From the NCBI GenBank assembly GCA_965645245.1, contig OZ287070.1, positions 1,240,001-1,304,000 of the forward strand: a DNA stretch of 64,000 nucleotides, in the 5' to 3' direction. Below are positions 1-12,675 of this stretch, one piece after another. Each line of letters begins with the position of its first letter. Position 1 is the stretch's first letter. The translations under genes and the position numbers were made by a program. Source of the DNA: Massalongia carnosa (Eukaryota). The notes under the pieces are model-generated. The model was not told where the DNA came from. It saw only the letters and a list, made by a program, of their open reading frames with translations, and searched no databases.

Positions 1-154
1 GGCTGCAGAGTGCTCTGTACGGAGTACCTACTCTGTGTTGCGACCATATGCACTTTACGTTCTGCACTCTGCACCTGCACTTCGCCGTTTAGCTGACATG
101 GGAAAAACACCTACAAACCGCAAAGCATAATAGGTCTACGCCAAAACACGGAAT

Positions 155-1837
155 ATGATCGCCCATTCGCAGTTGGCACCGCTTCCCAACGAGTTACCGT
201 TTCGCATCATCTCTAAAACAATTGGCCAAGGAGCTTACGCGTGGTAAGCTGTACAGCTTCACGCTATTTTGTTCCCGACTTGACAATTGACACCTAGCAT
301 CAAGAAAGCTGCGCCATTGAAAGCTTCAAAACCGGTCTTCGCTGTCAAGTTCATTCACAAGGAGTATGCGGTCCGGCACGGTCGCCTCACGCCGCATCAA
401 CTGAACCTAGAAATTAGTCTGCATCATCACCTCGGACACCATGCCAACATTGTACAATTCTTCAACTCGGGGGAGGATCCTTCGTGGAGATGGATAGCAA
501 TGGAGCTTGCCGAAGGTGGGGACCTCTTCGACAAAATCGAGTCAGATGTGGGGGTTGGTGAGGATATTGCGCACTTCTATTTTACGCAACTCATCAGTGC
601 TGTGAGCTACATGCACTCGAAAGGTGTGGGGCATCGTGATATTAAGCCAGAAAATATTCTTTTATCCGCTGAAGGTGATTTGAAGATTGCCGATTTTGGA
701 TTGGCAACCCTGTTTGAACACAATGGCATTAAAAAGCTATGTAAAACTAGTTGTGGAAGCCCTCCTTATACCGCACCCGAAGTCGTGACTTGTGACACGA
801 GAATGGTAAAGAAGCTTGGGAAAGGCTATTATGGCAATCTTGTGGACATCTGGTCCTGCGGCGTAGTTCTCTTCGTGCTTTTGGTTGGAAACACGCCATG
901 GGACGAACCGTTAGACCGGAGTTACGAGTTTCATGAGTACGTGGAGACGAACGGGCGTCCGAATGATGAGTTGTGGAACAATCTGCCTTCCGAAACTCTC
1001 TCGCTTCTTCGCGGTATGATGCGAGTTGAGCCCTCAGAGCGATCTTCGCTCGCAGATGTGCGGCGCCATCCATGGTTCACGAGGAAGAACAAATTCCTGA
1101 CGCCTGACGGCAAGCTCGAGAACCCCTTGGTATTAGCCACCCAGATGTTCGAGAGGATGAAGATCGACTTTTCCCAAGACCCTATGGCCTCCCAGCGAAG
1201 CCAGCGTTCCGCAGATGCAATGGATCTCGACAGCCAGGACTGGGCGGCTACATTCGCATCGACGCAGCCGGAGACTCCTACTAGCGACATCATGTTTGAC
1301 TGGGAGCGCCCTCCTCGGGTCATGGCGAACGAGAGGATATCGGCCAGTCAGCCCGCTGCCAACGACGCAATGGCGATTACGACCTCTGTCGCGTGGGACG
1401 ACAAGCTGGCGGAGGAACCCTCGTTTTCCCAATTCTCCAGCACGCCCTCTGTGCCTCTCAGCCGCACGCAATTCGCACAGCAGTTCCGCGACATCGTCCC
1501 CTCGCACTCCCTCACCCGCTTCTTCTCTCTCTGGCCCCTCGAAGCGCTGCAGTCCAGCATCTCCGAGGCTCTCCTCCGCCTGCACACGCCCACGCCCAAG
1601 ATGCCGCAATTCGCACACCACACGCTCGACGGAGCCATGTGGATCAAGATCCGGACCGCCGACAGCAGGAACTGTCCCATGAGCGGCGACGTGGTGATCG
1701 AGAGGCTGACCAGCGCTGATGACTATATTCTCGAAGTCAACTTCGTCAAGGCCAAGGGCGACCCGGTGGAGTGGAGACGGTTTTTCAAAAAGGTTGTTGT
1801 TTTGTGCAAGGACGCCGTATACAAGCCCGAGGGCTGA
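155..1837 (+). CDS. CHK1: Checkpoint Ser/Thr protein kinase Chk1 (2 exons: 155-243, 298-1837)
   Basis: Exon 1 gives MIAHSQLAPLPNELPFRIISKTIGQGAYA; GTAAGC...CTAG intron at 244-297. Kinase motifs HRDIKPEN, DFG, GSPPYTAPE; C-terminal KA1-like TRFFS...KGDPVEWRRFFKKV typical of Chk1. Confidence 0.9.
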
Positions 1838-2258
1838 AATAGATATCCTGCTAAGAGCAGCTTCATGGGGAAATCCGGAATTTATCATGAAGCATAGCAT
1901 TAGATAGATAGAGTAAGAGGCGATTTTTCCGCATGACTTGTCTATAGCTTTTAGTCCCAGGCTTGCTGACTACGTTGCATTTCACGGCTGCATCCTTAGA
2001 GTGAACTTGAAAAGAGAGCACTGTTACATGCTATGACCACTACCTCAACGCTTCCCTAACAACTGCATGAGATTTGATTGAACAGCTACGCTTGCCATGA
2101 CATCCAGCTCCCAGCCATAGTAGCCACAAATCCGTAGACTTGTCCCCCCCACTCCCACTCCCAACCCCCCACCCCCTCCCCCTCCCCCTTTTTTCTAATT
2201 TTTTTATTAGCCAGCTCCACGAACCCCCCAATTCTGCACGGTCCGCATCCGATCAACC

Positions 2259-3013
2259 CTACGAATCTTCCACCACCACCGTCGTCAACCCCTTGGGGTT
2301 CTTCACATTCACGGCCTGCACATAGCTATACAGCTTCTCCTTGGCGCCCTCCTCGTCGTTGCGCTTCCGCGAGATTCGCACACGCAGCCGATACGGTACG
2401 CCCTTGATGCCGGCCTCCCATACCTTCTTGTTCAATTGCGTGTCAAGGCGGACGTCGCGCGTTCCCTGTTTCGCCAGCGCAACCATGGCCCTAGATCAGC
2501 ATGATCCTGATCATTTAGGGTAAATTTTATAATTCCCACTCTTCGATTCTTGGATTTTGGAGAGCAGGAACACTTTACCTAGCTCCAACTATCGTTACAT
2601 AGAATCGGGGAGGGGGGGAAACGTTACACGGAGGAAATGCCCACTCACCATCGCTTTGGTTGCGAAATCCCGAATCTCCTTGATCGCTCTTGGCGCTCGC
2701 TTCTTGAACGACACCCCATGTACCTGTACGCCCCCAAAAACATTGAAAATCAGTCTTCCGTCCCAAATACCCCTCCCCAAGAAGGGGGAAGAGGGTCATG
2801 CGTTGTATGGACTTCATCAAACTAATTCATGTGTGCCCCTGGTTTTTTTCATGCGCTGATTCGTGTATGCATCGAGGATCATAGATGAATAGATAGATGA
2901 GGACCACATACGCGCTTGTGTAGGTGAATGGTGTATTCGCGCGCCACCACGTCGGCGATGGCGGAGCGGGTGGTGGTGGGCTTCTTGGTCGCAGATTTGG
3001 ATTTGGGAGGCAT
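2259..3013 (-). CDS. RPL31: 60S ribosomal protein eL31 (exons 3013-2912, 2723-2649, 2465-2259; probable 5'UTR intron 3093-3032)
   Basis: Spliced product ...[35 protein letters not shown]...[46 protein letters not shown] donors and CAG acceptors. Confidence 0.95.
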
Positions 3014-3649
3014 TTTGGCTGAAACGGAGGATCTATATGTTAGCAGGTGGGGCAGAGACAGGAGATTTCGAGCTGATGGGTACGTAAGCATACCTGTTTC
3101 AGTATGAGTTGGTGCTGGAGGTTTGAGATGAATCACTTCAATTAAATTTGGCGACGTGAACAATTTCCGTGTGGGATCGCTTATCATCTACCAGTTAGCT
3201 AGTTAGTATGAAAGTCACGTGTTATCTCGGTTGGAGTATCAGTATTCGTTTAACGGCTTCGTGAAACTGGCCATTAACCAGGACTGCTCATGAGAGCTAT
3301 CTATCAGAAGCATTTCCAGTTTGTTTTATTCTAGCCTAAATTTTCCTATTGTTCCTAGGTACCATATCTCATTTCCTAATGACTGTTCATTCATGAAACC
3401 TTTTCCAATAAGATCAATCTCATTCAGGACTAAGAACTCTCACAACCGTTTTCCAGAGTTTTTTCTTATCAGCCTGTATCAATCTAAAATTCACTTAATT
3501 TTTTGGTGACATTGGCATCGGCATTTAGGATTTGCTGTCTAAAGAGTCAAGACGTCTTGCTTTCGCACAGGTGATCATTTAAAGTGCTCTAATCTTCATT
3601 CCAGAAACCGTGTTAGATAGAGGGTGTGATTTTTCTACTCAGCTCTAAA

Positions 3650-3995
3650 GTTGCCTGAATTCTCGGTGCTCCACCCCAGAACAAGGGTTTCGTGTCCGGA
3701 TGCGAAAACCCCTTGCCATGTCCTGAATATTTAACTGGAAGGGGCAGCCCATTAGGACGAGTACCCAAGTTCCAACCTAACCAAGGAGAGTTCGAGAGCT
3801 AGGCGGTATCTAACAGGGCCCTTGGTGGCGTAAAGCCCCAACCCCCCCCCCTCCCAAAAGCCTGGGCTTGTAAGCCTTGACGGGAGACTAACAAACGCTC
3901 AAGGATATGGTCATGGCTGCGAAAGGGACGCAATTGGCCAAGGTCGTAACGGCGCAATGGGGAACGGCTCAAGTTTCTGCTCATAGCTTTTTTTC
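3650..3995 (+). ncRNA. Candidate structured non-coding RNA, family unassigned
   Basis: Several nested helices readable by eye (TTGCCTG/TAGGCGG, AATTCTC/GAGAGTT, GGTGCTC/GAGTACC, CAAGGG/CCTTG, GTCCT/AGGAC, TGCG/CGCA) ending at a T7 run; intergenic, no credible ORF. Confidence 0.3.
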
Positions 3996-5383
3996 TTACG
4001 TGGCGTTTTCTTTAATGTTCGTGTATTGCATAGACTTGGCCCTAAAGAAGTCTACGCACGAGGAAGGATTCGTCCAAGCCTTCCTTATCCGAGGAATATC
4101 TTAAGTTCTGAGTATCAATCTCGGGCCGAGTTACTCCTACATCTGCTCCCATCTCAATGTTTCCCCAAGTATCATCCGATCCTACTAGCCAACAACATAT
4201 CCCATATGCACATCGCAGGCCACGAATCATCTATTCATCCCGGGAGAAGCCGGCGATCTCACCCCATATTTTCAGAGACCGATAGCTTCCTGCTACACGT
4301 GCGGCTCACAGCTCATCTCTTCATCATCCATTATTACACCCACTCCTGGCCGCAAGCCAGAGCCCCCAGCGGCCTAGCCTCCAGGGGGCACATTGGCCGT
4401 GAACGAGCTTGCGTAAAGCCAACATATGAAAAGGTAATACGGACTACGCGCCTGTCATTAAATCTCCCTTCAGGAAAGGATATGATATGGCTGGGGAGCA
4501 CAAGCGTCGAGCGATCGGGGCCTAAAAGGATCCCTGAGCAGATTTTGGGGGGGAGGCATGGGTGGGAATCCTCTGAGCGTACTCGTATATACTCGATATC
4601 TCTGCGCGGTATCCCTACGTGTCAAAAGCCGAAAACCCTTCGTATTCGCGATACACATCTAGTCTCCAAATAGATATATATAACATATACATATGATCAA
4701 ATATTAAGGATACAGCAAGACTTCATCCCCTCAATCAACAGGTACTGTAGTGTACTGTACTTACAGACTTAGGCGGTTTTTAGGGGGGGGAGGGCAAGAA
4801 CCGTTCACAAGTGCCTAAGCAAATCAATCGACCGACCGACCGAACCCCTTGGTTATCCGCATAATCCTTATCATTGTTTGTTTTTTAGGAGTTGTTGGGC
4901 GGGGTCGAAGGCAGAGAGTTATGGAGTTATGAAAGGAGGGCGGGGGCAGAGGGATAAGGGGGGGGGATACAGGGGCTGATTAGAAAATTTATAGACGAGA
5001 TGGATGGATGGTGAGGAGGAAGAGAGCGGTCTACGAGGGAGACGGCTTTGCGATGGTTTGGAAAAGGGATTAAGAGAATATTTTAGTATATAACCATTCA
5101 CACCCACTGCGTACCATCCAAGCCGCTGTTCCTAAAGAAAAGAAAAAATAAGAAGAGTATGCCCTCGTCCCATAGAAGAGGTTAAAATTTCCAAGCAAAA
5201 GTCTATCGCTCAGAAACGCCTTCATGAAAAAAAAGAAGAAAAAAAACTCGCTTCCGGATAATACCGTCCATTTACCCCCCGTCCCAAATACCCAGATCCC
5301 TGCATCCCATGCATCATAATATGTCCGTTCTAGTTCGTGTTAGCCAGGGTCTTTGAAATGCTCCAACTCCTTCGAGCCACTTA

Positions 5384-5698
5384 CTATTTGTCGGTTGGAA
5401 TGGGCACATCGATGAAATAGAACCAAGGCGTCATCTCCGGCGATCGAAACTTGTCCTCGATGTAGATTCCATGTTCCCACATCTGCCGGAGCATGACCGC
5501 TCGGTCTTGCTTCAGCTGGTTCGCGTAGCGGACAAACTCCCGCAGCACGTACGCCTCGCTCCTGCCCATGCCTTCGGTGGTGGGAATGATCGTGGTGAGG
5601 CGATCGAAAGCCTTGTGGATGCCTCCGCGACGGTTCTGCTCGCTCCTGACGTGGTTCTTCCTCTTCTGCTCTTCGTCGAGGAGAGCTTTGGGCGCCAT
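5384..5698 (-). CDS. Small bHLH transcription factor (Ino4/Mlx-like)
   Basis: MAPKALLDEEQKRKNHVRSEQNRRGGIHKAFDRLTTIIP...SEAYVL contains the H-x3-E-x2-RR basic region and HLH. Confidence 0.75.
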   Translation of the reverse strand: MAPKALLDEEQKRKNHVRSEQNRRGGIHKAFDRLTTIIPTTEGMGRSEAYVLREFVRYANQLKQDRAVMLRQMWEHGIYIEDKFRSPEMTPWFYFIDVPIPTDK

Positions 5699-6522
5699 TG
5701 AGGGAACGTTTGGAGAGTCGTGGGTGAAGGGTTTGGGTGGGGTGGGGTGAGGAGACTTGTTGGTGGTGATGAAAGCGCTGTGTCGAAACAAGAGGAAGGA
5801 TTGGCTTGGATGTATGCGACTCGTTGTTGTTACTGTTGTATTATATAGTATAGCTTTAATGATCGATGATGGTATATCAAGAAGAGAAGAAGATGAGACC
5901 TGTGATGGTGGTAGAAGAAATGGGACGAGCAGCGCTTCGCAGAGAATATATAGCACACACAGGAGCTAGGGATTCGGAAGGTTGCCCTGCCAAATCCTTC
6001 GACAGGAAAGCACATGGATCAGAGAACAGATGCAGAGTATGGTTCGCAAACCTCACTCGCGACATTTCACCTTGTTCCACGGCCATTCTGACCGTTGGAG
6101 TCCAATCATGTCAACGAAGACTGAGAAATAGTGGTATCGAAAGGTTAAGGAAGGAGCGATTGATTGGAAAAGAGGTTAGCGTTGGTCTGGTCCATCGAGT
6201 CAAGAATCGCATCTGCTAATGAAACGAGAACAAACCGATGACCCAAGATGGTGTGTGGCTTGAAAACGATAAGATAAGACGACTGAATGGTGGCGTCAAG
6301 CCTGCATTACCGACTAGTTCGTTTTTTTTTTCGCTGTATGGCACTTGTACAACCAGCTGCACCATACTGAACCACCAAACGAATGGCACTGCTGTTCTTC
6401 ACTGAATGAAACCTCCCACTTTGAAGAAACCGATACTGCTTTGGTAGGCATATGGGAATCACATACAACCAACCCAACAACATTATCGTCGTACACTATT
6501 CATGGTTGATCATGGCCTATGC

Positions 6523-6530
6523 AGAGTCAT
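6523..6530 (-). promoter_or_regulatory. Possible Gcn4/CpcA site (ATGACTCT) about 640 bp upstream of HIS4
   Basis: TGACTC core upstream of an amino-acid biosynthesis gene; a short motif that could occur by chance. Confidence 0.2.
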
Positions 6531-7166
6531 GGACATGACAAAAGATATTGAGTGGTCGTCCGTAGGGGTAAACTCTCGTTCTCTCGGCGGGGTGTTGAGT
6601 TAGGGTAATTTTAAGCTTAAACTTTAACTTCCACTACTCCGTACTTCGTCAGGCAGGAGGAAGAGCTGGTGGCTAGCCATACTCGTTGTGAGTACCTCTG
6701 TGCTCTGTGCAGTTCCATGCGAGATGCCCAAAGAACAACCAATGGGACCTGGAAAGTCGAATCATACACTGGCGGTCTACTGTATCTTCTCGAACTGCAA
6801 CTTACTCTGTATGGAGGACCGAAGTGGGGTTACGAGGGTAACTTTAAACGGGGCTGTGCAGTAAATGAGGAAACTGGACGCGGGCTTTACGCCGTTAACG
6901 TTCGCAGATCCGATCTTCCCGTAACCACTACGGAGTAGTGAACGTCCCTTTGTCCACGTAATTCACTTACTAACTAATTAACTAATCAACTAACCGAGTC
7001 TCGGCAAAGAAAACCCCTGTTCCCCTCCCCCACCTTGCGTGCATGTTCGTCCGTGCCCTCTCGCACAAATCACATGCTCCGAAAAACGCGAAAAACGGGA
7101 ATCCATCTTTGTACAGCGTACTCGGTGGTTAAGATGAGAGAGTCTTGAACGCTTGTCCCGTACGCA

Positions 7167-9982
7167 ATGGCAGAACACTTTCTGATCTCGGTCGATTTGG
7201 ACGCGTTGAACGACAAAAAATTAAAGACATTTTCGTTCCTGGACCGAGTGCACCTGCGCGTCACTCGGGATAATGTGCAACGGGCGGCATCTTTCCTCAA
7301 AGAGCATTTCGGTCATTTTGCCACATTTTGCGACGTCACCGCCGTAACAAAAACGTCAGACGTGGTGTCCTTGCTTGACCAGGGAGCCCTCAAGGTGGTC
7401 GTATCCTACCGTCAGGCAAAGGCCGTGTTGGATGCTCTCGAAGACGCTGGACGCCTTATAGTGTGCATCGGTGATGCGACGTCGGTGACCAAAGAAGCCA
7501 AGCAAGAGCTGCAAGCGCTTCTTGCCCACGCCGCGGTGGGGATCCAGGCAAATGACGTGCATGGCGGGGAGTGGTTGGATGCCATGCAAAAGCGCTCCAA
7601 ACCGCCTTGCAGTCGATATGTCGCTCTAGCCCCCGCGCCGGATATTTGGGACCATTATATCAACGCCATCAAGGCTGGTTATGTTCCCATCGTCCCTGCA
7701 AGTTCTCTCACCATTGATCCAACCGGACAGCCCCATCTACTATCAGTATCTCGTTTGCTGACAGGCATCCTCCATAGCGACAGGCCGGATGGGCTGTTCC
7801 CCACTGTGGTCGCCAATGAGCATGGCACCTGCCTGGGGTTGGTATATAGCAACGAAAAAAGTGTGGAAACCGCGCTCAAATTGGGTCGAGGGGTGTATTA
7901 CAGTCGTTCTCGTAACGGAATATGGATCAAAGGGGACGAGAGCGGAGACGCGCAGGACTTAATCAGTATCCGGTGTGACTGCGATGCAGATGCCTTGCGC
8001 TTCATCGTACGGCAGGAAGGGGACGGTGCGATTCGAATCCTCCTCGTCATGCGGCCTGAAATGCTTACATCTTGCAGGGTTCTGCCACCTCAAAAGCTCT
8101 ACATGTTTTGGTCCGTACAATGGATTTGCACGGCTGGAAAAAACCTTGCAGGCTCGTCGGGTGGGGTCTCCTGCGGGCTCGTATACTGCTCGACTTTACG
8201 AAGATCCGACACTACTGCGGGCAAAAATAATGGAGGAAGCAAGCGAGCTTTGCGACGCATCAAGTAAGGAAGACGTGGCGGCCGAAGCGGCCGACCTTTT
8301 TTATTTTGCCTTGACAAAATGTGTTGCCGCCGGCGTGAAATTGGAGGACGTGGAGCGCAATTTGGATCGTAAGAGCACCAAAATCACTCGAAGGAAGGGT
8401 GACGCAAAACCACATTGGGCAGTGAACGTCAGCCAAGACTCTGCTACCAGTGCTATTCCAAAGGGTAGCAATGGAATAGAAACAACCAGAACAGTAGAGG
8501 AACCGGCGTCCGTACCAAAGAGAAGTAAGGACCCCACTGGTACCATCAACGGAAGGATAAAAATGCGAAGAATCAAAACTTCAGAAACGGATTCTGCCAC
8601 TCTGGACGATGTGCTCCAGCGTCCTTCCCAAAGATCTACCGATGAGATTATGGAGATTGTGAGCCCGATCATTAAAGATGTTCGTGATGCGGGCGATGCT
8701 GCTGTCCTCAAATACACGCACAAATTTGACAAAGCCACCTCTCTAACCTCGCCCGTGCTACGCGCCCCGTTTTCAGAAGACTTGATGAAGCTGCCTGCGG
8801 AGACGCTGGAAGCCATCGATATCAGCTTTGAAAACATCCGCCGCTTTCACGCCGCCCAGATAGAGGAGCGACCTTTGCAGGTGGAGACAATGCCAGGCGT
8901 AGTGTGCTCACGCTTCTCGCGTCCAATCGAACGGGTTGGCCTCTACGTCCCCGGCGGAACCGCTGTCTTGCCGTCGACCGCGATGATGCTTGGCGTTCCC
9001 GCCATGGTTGCAGGCTGTAAGAAGATTGTGATTGCTTCGCCGCCTCGAAGCGATGGCACCATCACTCCGGAAATCGTGTACGTAGCGCATAAAGTCGGGG
9101 CCGAAAGCATTGTCCTGGCTGGCGGTGCACAAGCGGTCGCTGCCATGGCCTATGGGACAGAAAGCATTGCAAAAGTGGACAAGATTCTTGGCCCTGGAAA
9201 CCAGTTCGTTACGGCAGGCAAGATGATAGTAGCGAACGATACCACAGCAGGCGTCAGCATTGATATGCCTGCTGGACCTAGTGAAGTTCTTGTCATCGCG
9301 GACAAGACCGCAATCCCATCCTTTGTGGCATCGGATCTTCTCAGTCAAGCCGAACACGGGACCGACTCGCAGGTCATCCTCGTTGCGGTGGATCTTGACG
9401 AAGAGCATCTGGCTGCGATAGAATTTGAATTGCACTCCCAGGCTAGCGCCTTGCCCCGGATAGATATCGTGCGGGGAGCCATTGCGCATTCGATCACGCT
9501 TCTGGTTAAGGATATCGACGAGGCATTGACGCTGAGCAACCGGTACGCCCCGGAGCATTTAATCCTCCAACTCGACAACGCCAAGGAGGTCGTTGCACTG
9601 GTACAAAACGCCGGCAGCGTCTTTGTTGGGCACTGGACTCCAGAGAGCGTAGGGGACTACTCCGCTGGTGTCAACCATTCTTTGCGTAAGTCTTGTTCTC
9701 CCGTCTTTTGCCTTTCAATCGTCGGGGGGAAACGCCTTTGGCTGACCCTGCGAACCAGCAACGTACGGATATGCGAAACAATACTCCGGGGTCAACCTCT
9801 CCTCCTTTACGAAACACATCACCAGCTCCAACCTCACGCAAGAGGGCCTGAAGAACGTCGGCGGCGCGGTCATGCAAATGGCCAAGGTCGAGGAGCTGGA
9901 GGCTCATCGGAGAGCGGTGAGCATGCGGCTTAGGCACATGGAGCGGAACGGAACTGGGGGGGGTTTAGGTTTAGGTAGATAA
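7167..9982 (+). CDS. HIS4: Trifunctional histidine biosynthesis protein (PR-AMP cyclohydrolase, PR-ATP pyrophosphatase, histidinol dehydrogenase); introns about 8026-8078 and 9686-9758
   Basis: Motifs YYSRSRNGIWIKGDESG, CDCDADAL, GFCH, GSYTARL, KIMEEASEL, GLYVPGG, DMPAGPSE, QAEHG, YAPEHL, PESVGDYSAGVNHSLPTYG; stop TAA at 9980-9982. Confidence 0.95.
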
Positions 9983-10384
9983 CGTGTCAGATCAGCCTGG
10001 CTTGCGGCTGAGCGTGATTTTGCAACTTCCTACATCTTATCCGGGGGGTTTAAATTACCTGTGCTTGCCGATCCAGAAACCGAGACCCCTGGATGAGGGG
10101 GGAAAAGAGACACGCGTCATTATCCCGACACCTACGTGCCCCCATGTGGGCGGTCCCTACTGCTTAGAAGATTGGGGTTTTAGGGGGGAAGGGTTCGATT
10201 GTTGTGCGTGCGTGCATGCATTCGAGCGTGCATGTATATATGCATGCATGCGACAAGGAAAAGCGAAAAGTGATCCCGTTTATAAATGACGAGATTTATC
10301 TGGAACCTCCTCTATAATTTTTTTCCCGGCAACTCCAAGTCGGCAGTGAACTTTTCCGTATCCAGGGCAACCCCCCCCCTCTCT

Positions 10385-10795
10385 CTGTATGTATGTATGT
10401 ATGTATGTATATATGGATAGATGGATGGATGGATGGATATATGGGATGTGGATCTGCGGTTTTGGGGGGACTCCATGCAACACATACACACACACACACC
10501 TCCCTATCCCGTTGTTTCACGGGTTGCCCCTGAGTATTTCTGTACAATCACATACAGAACCCTGATGATGGTGATGATGATGCATCTGCGGATATGGATG
10601 TGGAGAATAAAATAAAAATGCTCGATAGGTTGTCTCCGAACTGGGAGGGCGGATGATGGTTCTTTTTTCTTCTTTCTATGTAAACTGTACAAGAGCGTAA
10701 CCGTTCTCCGTTGCCCCCCTTTGATGGAAAGCAACAGTAGAAATAAAAAATAAAAAAACAAAAAACAAAAACAAAAAACAAAAAACAAAAGGAAA
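10385..10795. repeat. Microsatellite-rich convergent intergenic region ((TATG)n, (GGAT)n, (CA)n, (CAAAAA)n)
   Basis: Simple repeats seen directly between the HIS4 and MAS1 3' ends. Confidence 0.85.
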
Positions 10796-10866
10796 ACTAC
10801 CCCCTCCCCCCCCACAACTCTGAAGCTTAAAAATGTCGCTAGCAAAACAGGTCCGGGGAACTCCTT

Positions 10867-12518
10867 CTACGCGTTCCGGCTCATATCGTTCCGGATGCGG
10901 TTGTAGTCCAAAAGACCCTCGATGCTGCCGACGGCGCTAACGGCGACGTCCTGATCCCACAGCTTCCGCCGCGCGAAATCCATCACGTCCTTCTCCGAGA
11001 TCTGGCCTACCACGCGCTCGACCTCTTCGGGGTTCATGCGGCGGCCTGTCGTCACGATTTGCCGGCCAATGTCCTCGGCTACGGCGGTCGTGCCGTCGAG
11101 GGAGAGCAACACCGACGCCTTGAGCTGCGCTTTGGCCCGCTCGGTCTCGGCTTCCGTCACATTGTAGGATAGTCGCGACCATTCGCGGAGCGTGAAGTGG
11201 ACGAGGTCGTCGATCTGCGTTTTGTTTTCCGTTACGAGGTAGATCCCCCATAATCTGGATGACGTTAGCGCGTCTCGTCAAGTCAACCCCCCCTGGTCTG
11301 GCTGGGGGTAATGTACCCGGTATCGCTATAGCTCGTCGAGAAGCTCATGAAGCTGTTTGCAAGCTTGTTCTCGTGGATGAACGTGCTTAACTTGCTTCCT
11401 AGATAAGGAGAATTCCCCATTGTACGGTCCCAATTCCCCACAATCGCTTGAGTTACCAGTGCCGTGAAATAGTCGTCGTCCTTCCAGCTGACACCTTCGA
11501 CTGCTATTGCGATGTTTGCTGTTGGGATAGTGTCATCTCTAATCCTGACTTCGGATCCGATGAAATCTGGTTTTTTCTTCTGAGCAGCTACGGCTCTGGA
11601 AGACGAGTAGGAGGATGGTTCGCTAGGTAATCTTGAAAAGTGTTTTTCGGCAAGCTCTACCATCTGCTTATGAGGAACACCCCCAGCACCAACCAACACC
11701 ATTCGGTCTGCGGTATAATTTTGCTTGATGTAGCCAACCAAGTCATTACGCTGGATGCTGGCTATATTTTCCTTCGGTCCAAGTATGGTACGGCCTAGGG
11801 GTTGGCCTTGGAAAGCGGTCGCGTGCAGGTGATCGAAAACGACTTCCTCGAGCTGTTTGTCGACTTCTTCTTGTTCTCTCAGTATTACGTCCCTTTCTCG
11901 TTCAATCGCCTGTGGTTCCAGCTTAGAGTTTTGCAAGATGTCAGACAGAATATCCACCGTTGAAGGAACGTCGGAATTAAACGACTTTGCGTAGTAGACC
12001 GTATTTTCGCGCTATTTATATGAGCTACCATTCACCATCTCAATTTTGATAGAAGTATCGTACGGACGTGTATGCGTTGAGATGGCCTCCCATGTTTTCT
12101 ATTTCGAGCTCCAACTGGTGCTGCGTCCGGCTCTTAGTACCCTGGAGAGAACTTTTAGCATTCCTCCTTTACAGTCTGTATTACTACCCCTACTTTAAAA
12201 GCCAAATGCTCCAAGAAATGTGCTGTTCCATTGGTTTTGTCTGTCTCCGCTCTACTTCCTGCATCAATCCAAACACCAACAGTCGAAGTCTGGGCCCATG
12301 GCGAATGTTCTGTTGCGATCTACGGGTAATATTAGCTTGCTCACTGGGAGAACCGATAATCCACGTACCGTCAAGCCGTTGGACAACGTAGTGCTCTCAG
12401 TAGTAATGGTTTGGCTGATAGGAGTCGCGAAACCTCGGTTTATAGGTTGCAAAGACTTGAGAGCCGCACGACTTCTCAGCGCCTGGTTTAAATTGAGAGC
12501 CAGTCGCCGTGAAGCCAT
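10867..12518 (-). CDS. MAS1: Mitochondrial processing peptidase beta subunit (M16 family), multi-exon
   Basis: Presequence [17 protein letters not shown]; spliced WIDAGSRAE...[13 protein letters not shown] (HxxEH); [35 protein letters not shown]. Confidence 0.93.
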
Positions 12519-12675
12519 GGCTTATGGGTAAATGAACAGGGATAGAGAGATGGTGACTGAGTGTAAATATTAATCTTTAATGCTGAAGATCAAAGAGCGA
12601 AATCTAAAGCTGTCTAAAGGTTTTCAGCGAATCACCGAAGCGGATAGACGCTTACATCATCGTGTGTACCCAGCA

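Noticed and set aside
747..1900. Antisense and alternative-frame ORFs over CHK1 (also over HIS4 and pol)
   Set aside because: Shadows of GC-rich coding sequence with no motifs.
3771..3783. Telomerase RNA template (CCAACCTAACC)
   Set aside because: Would template TTAGG rather than the usual TTAGGG of filamentous ascomycetes; no convincing pseudoknot or CR4/5 found.
3884..3912. Group I intron core (R/S-like motifs GAGACTA and AAGGATATGGTC)
   Set aside because: Too little sequence between the P7 strands for P3 and P8, and no host exon; kept only as a generic ncRNA candidate.
4026..4673. 215-aa ORF
   Set aside because: TTG start, no recognisable motif; probably chance.
9961..9976. Telomere-like GGGTTTAGGTTTAGG
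   Set aside because: Two imperfect units within the last HIS4 codons.
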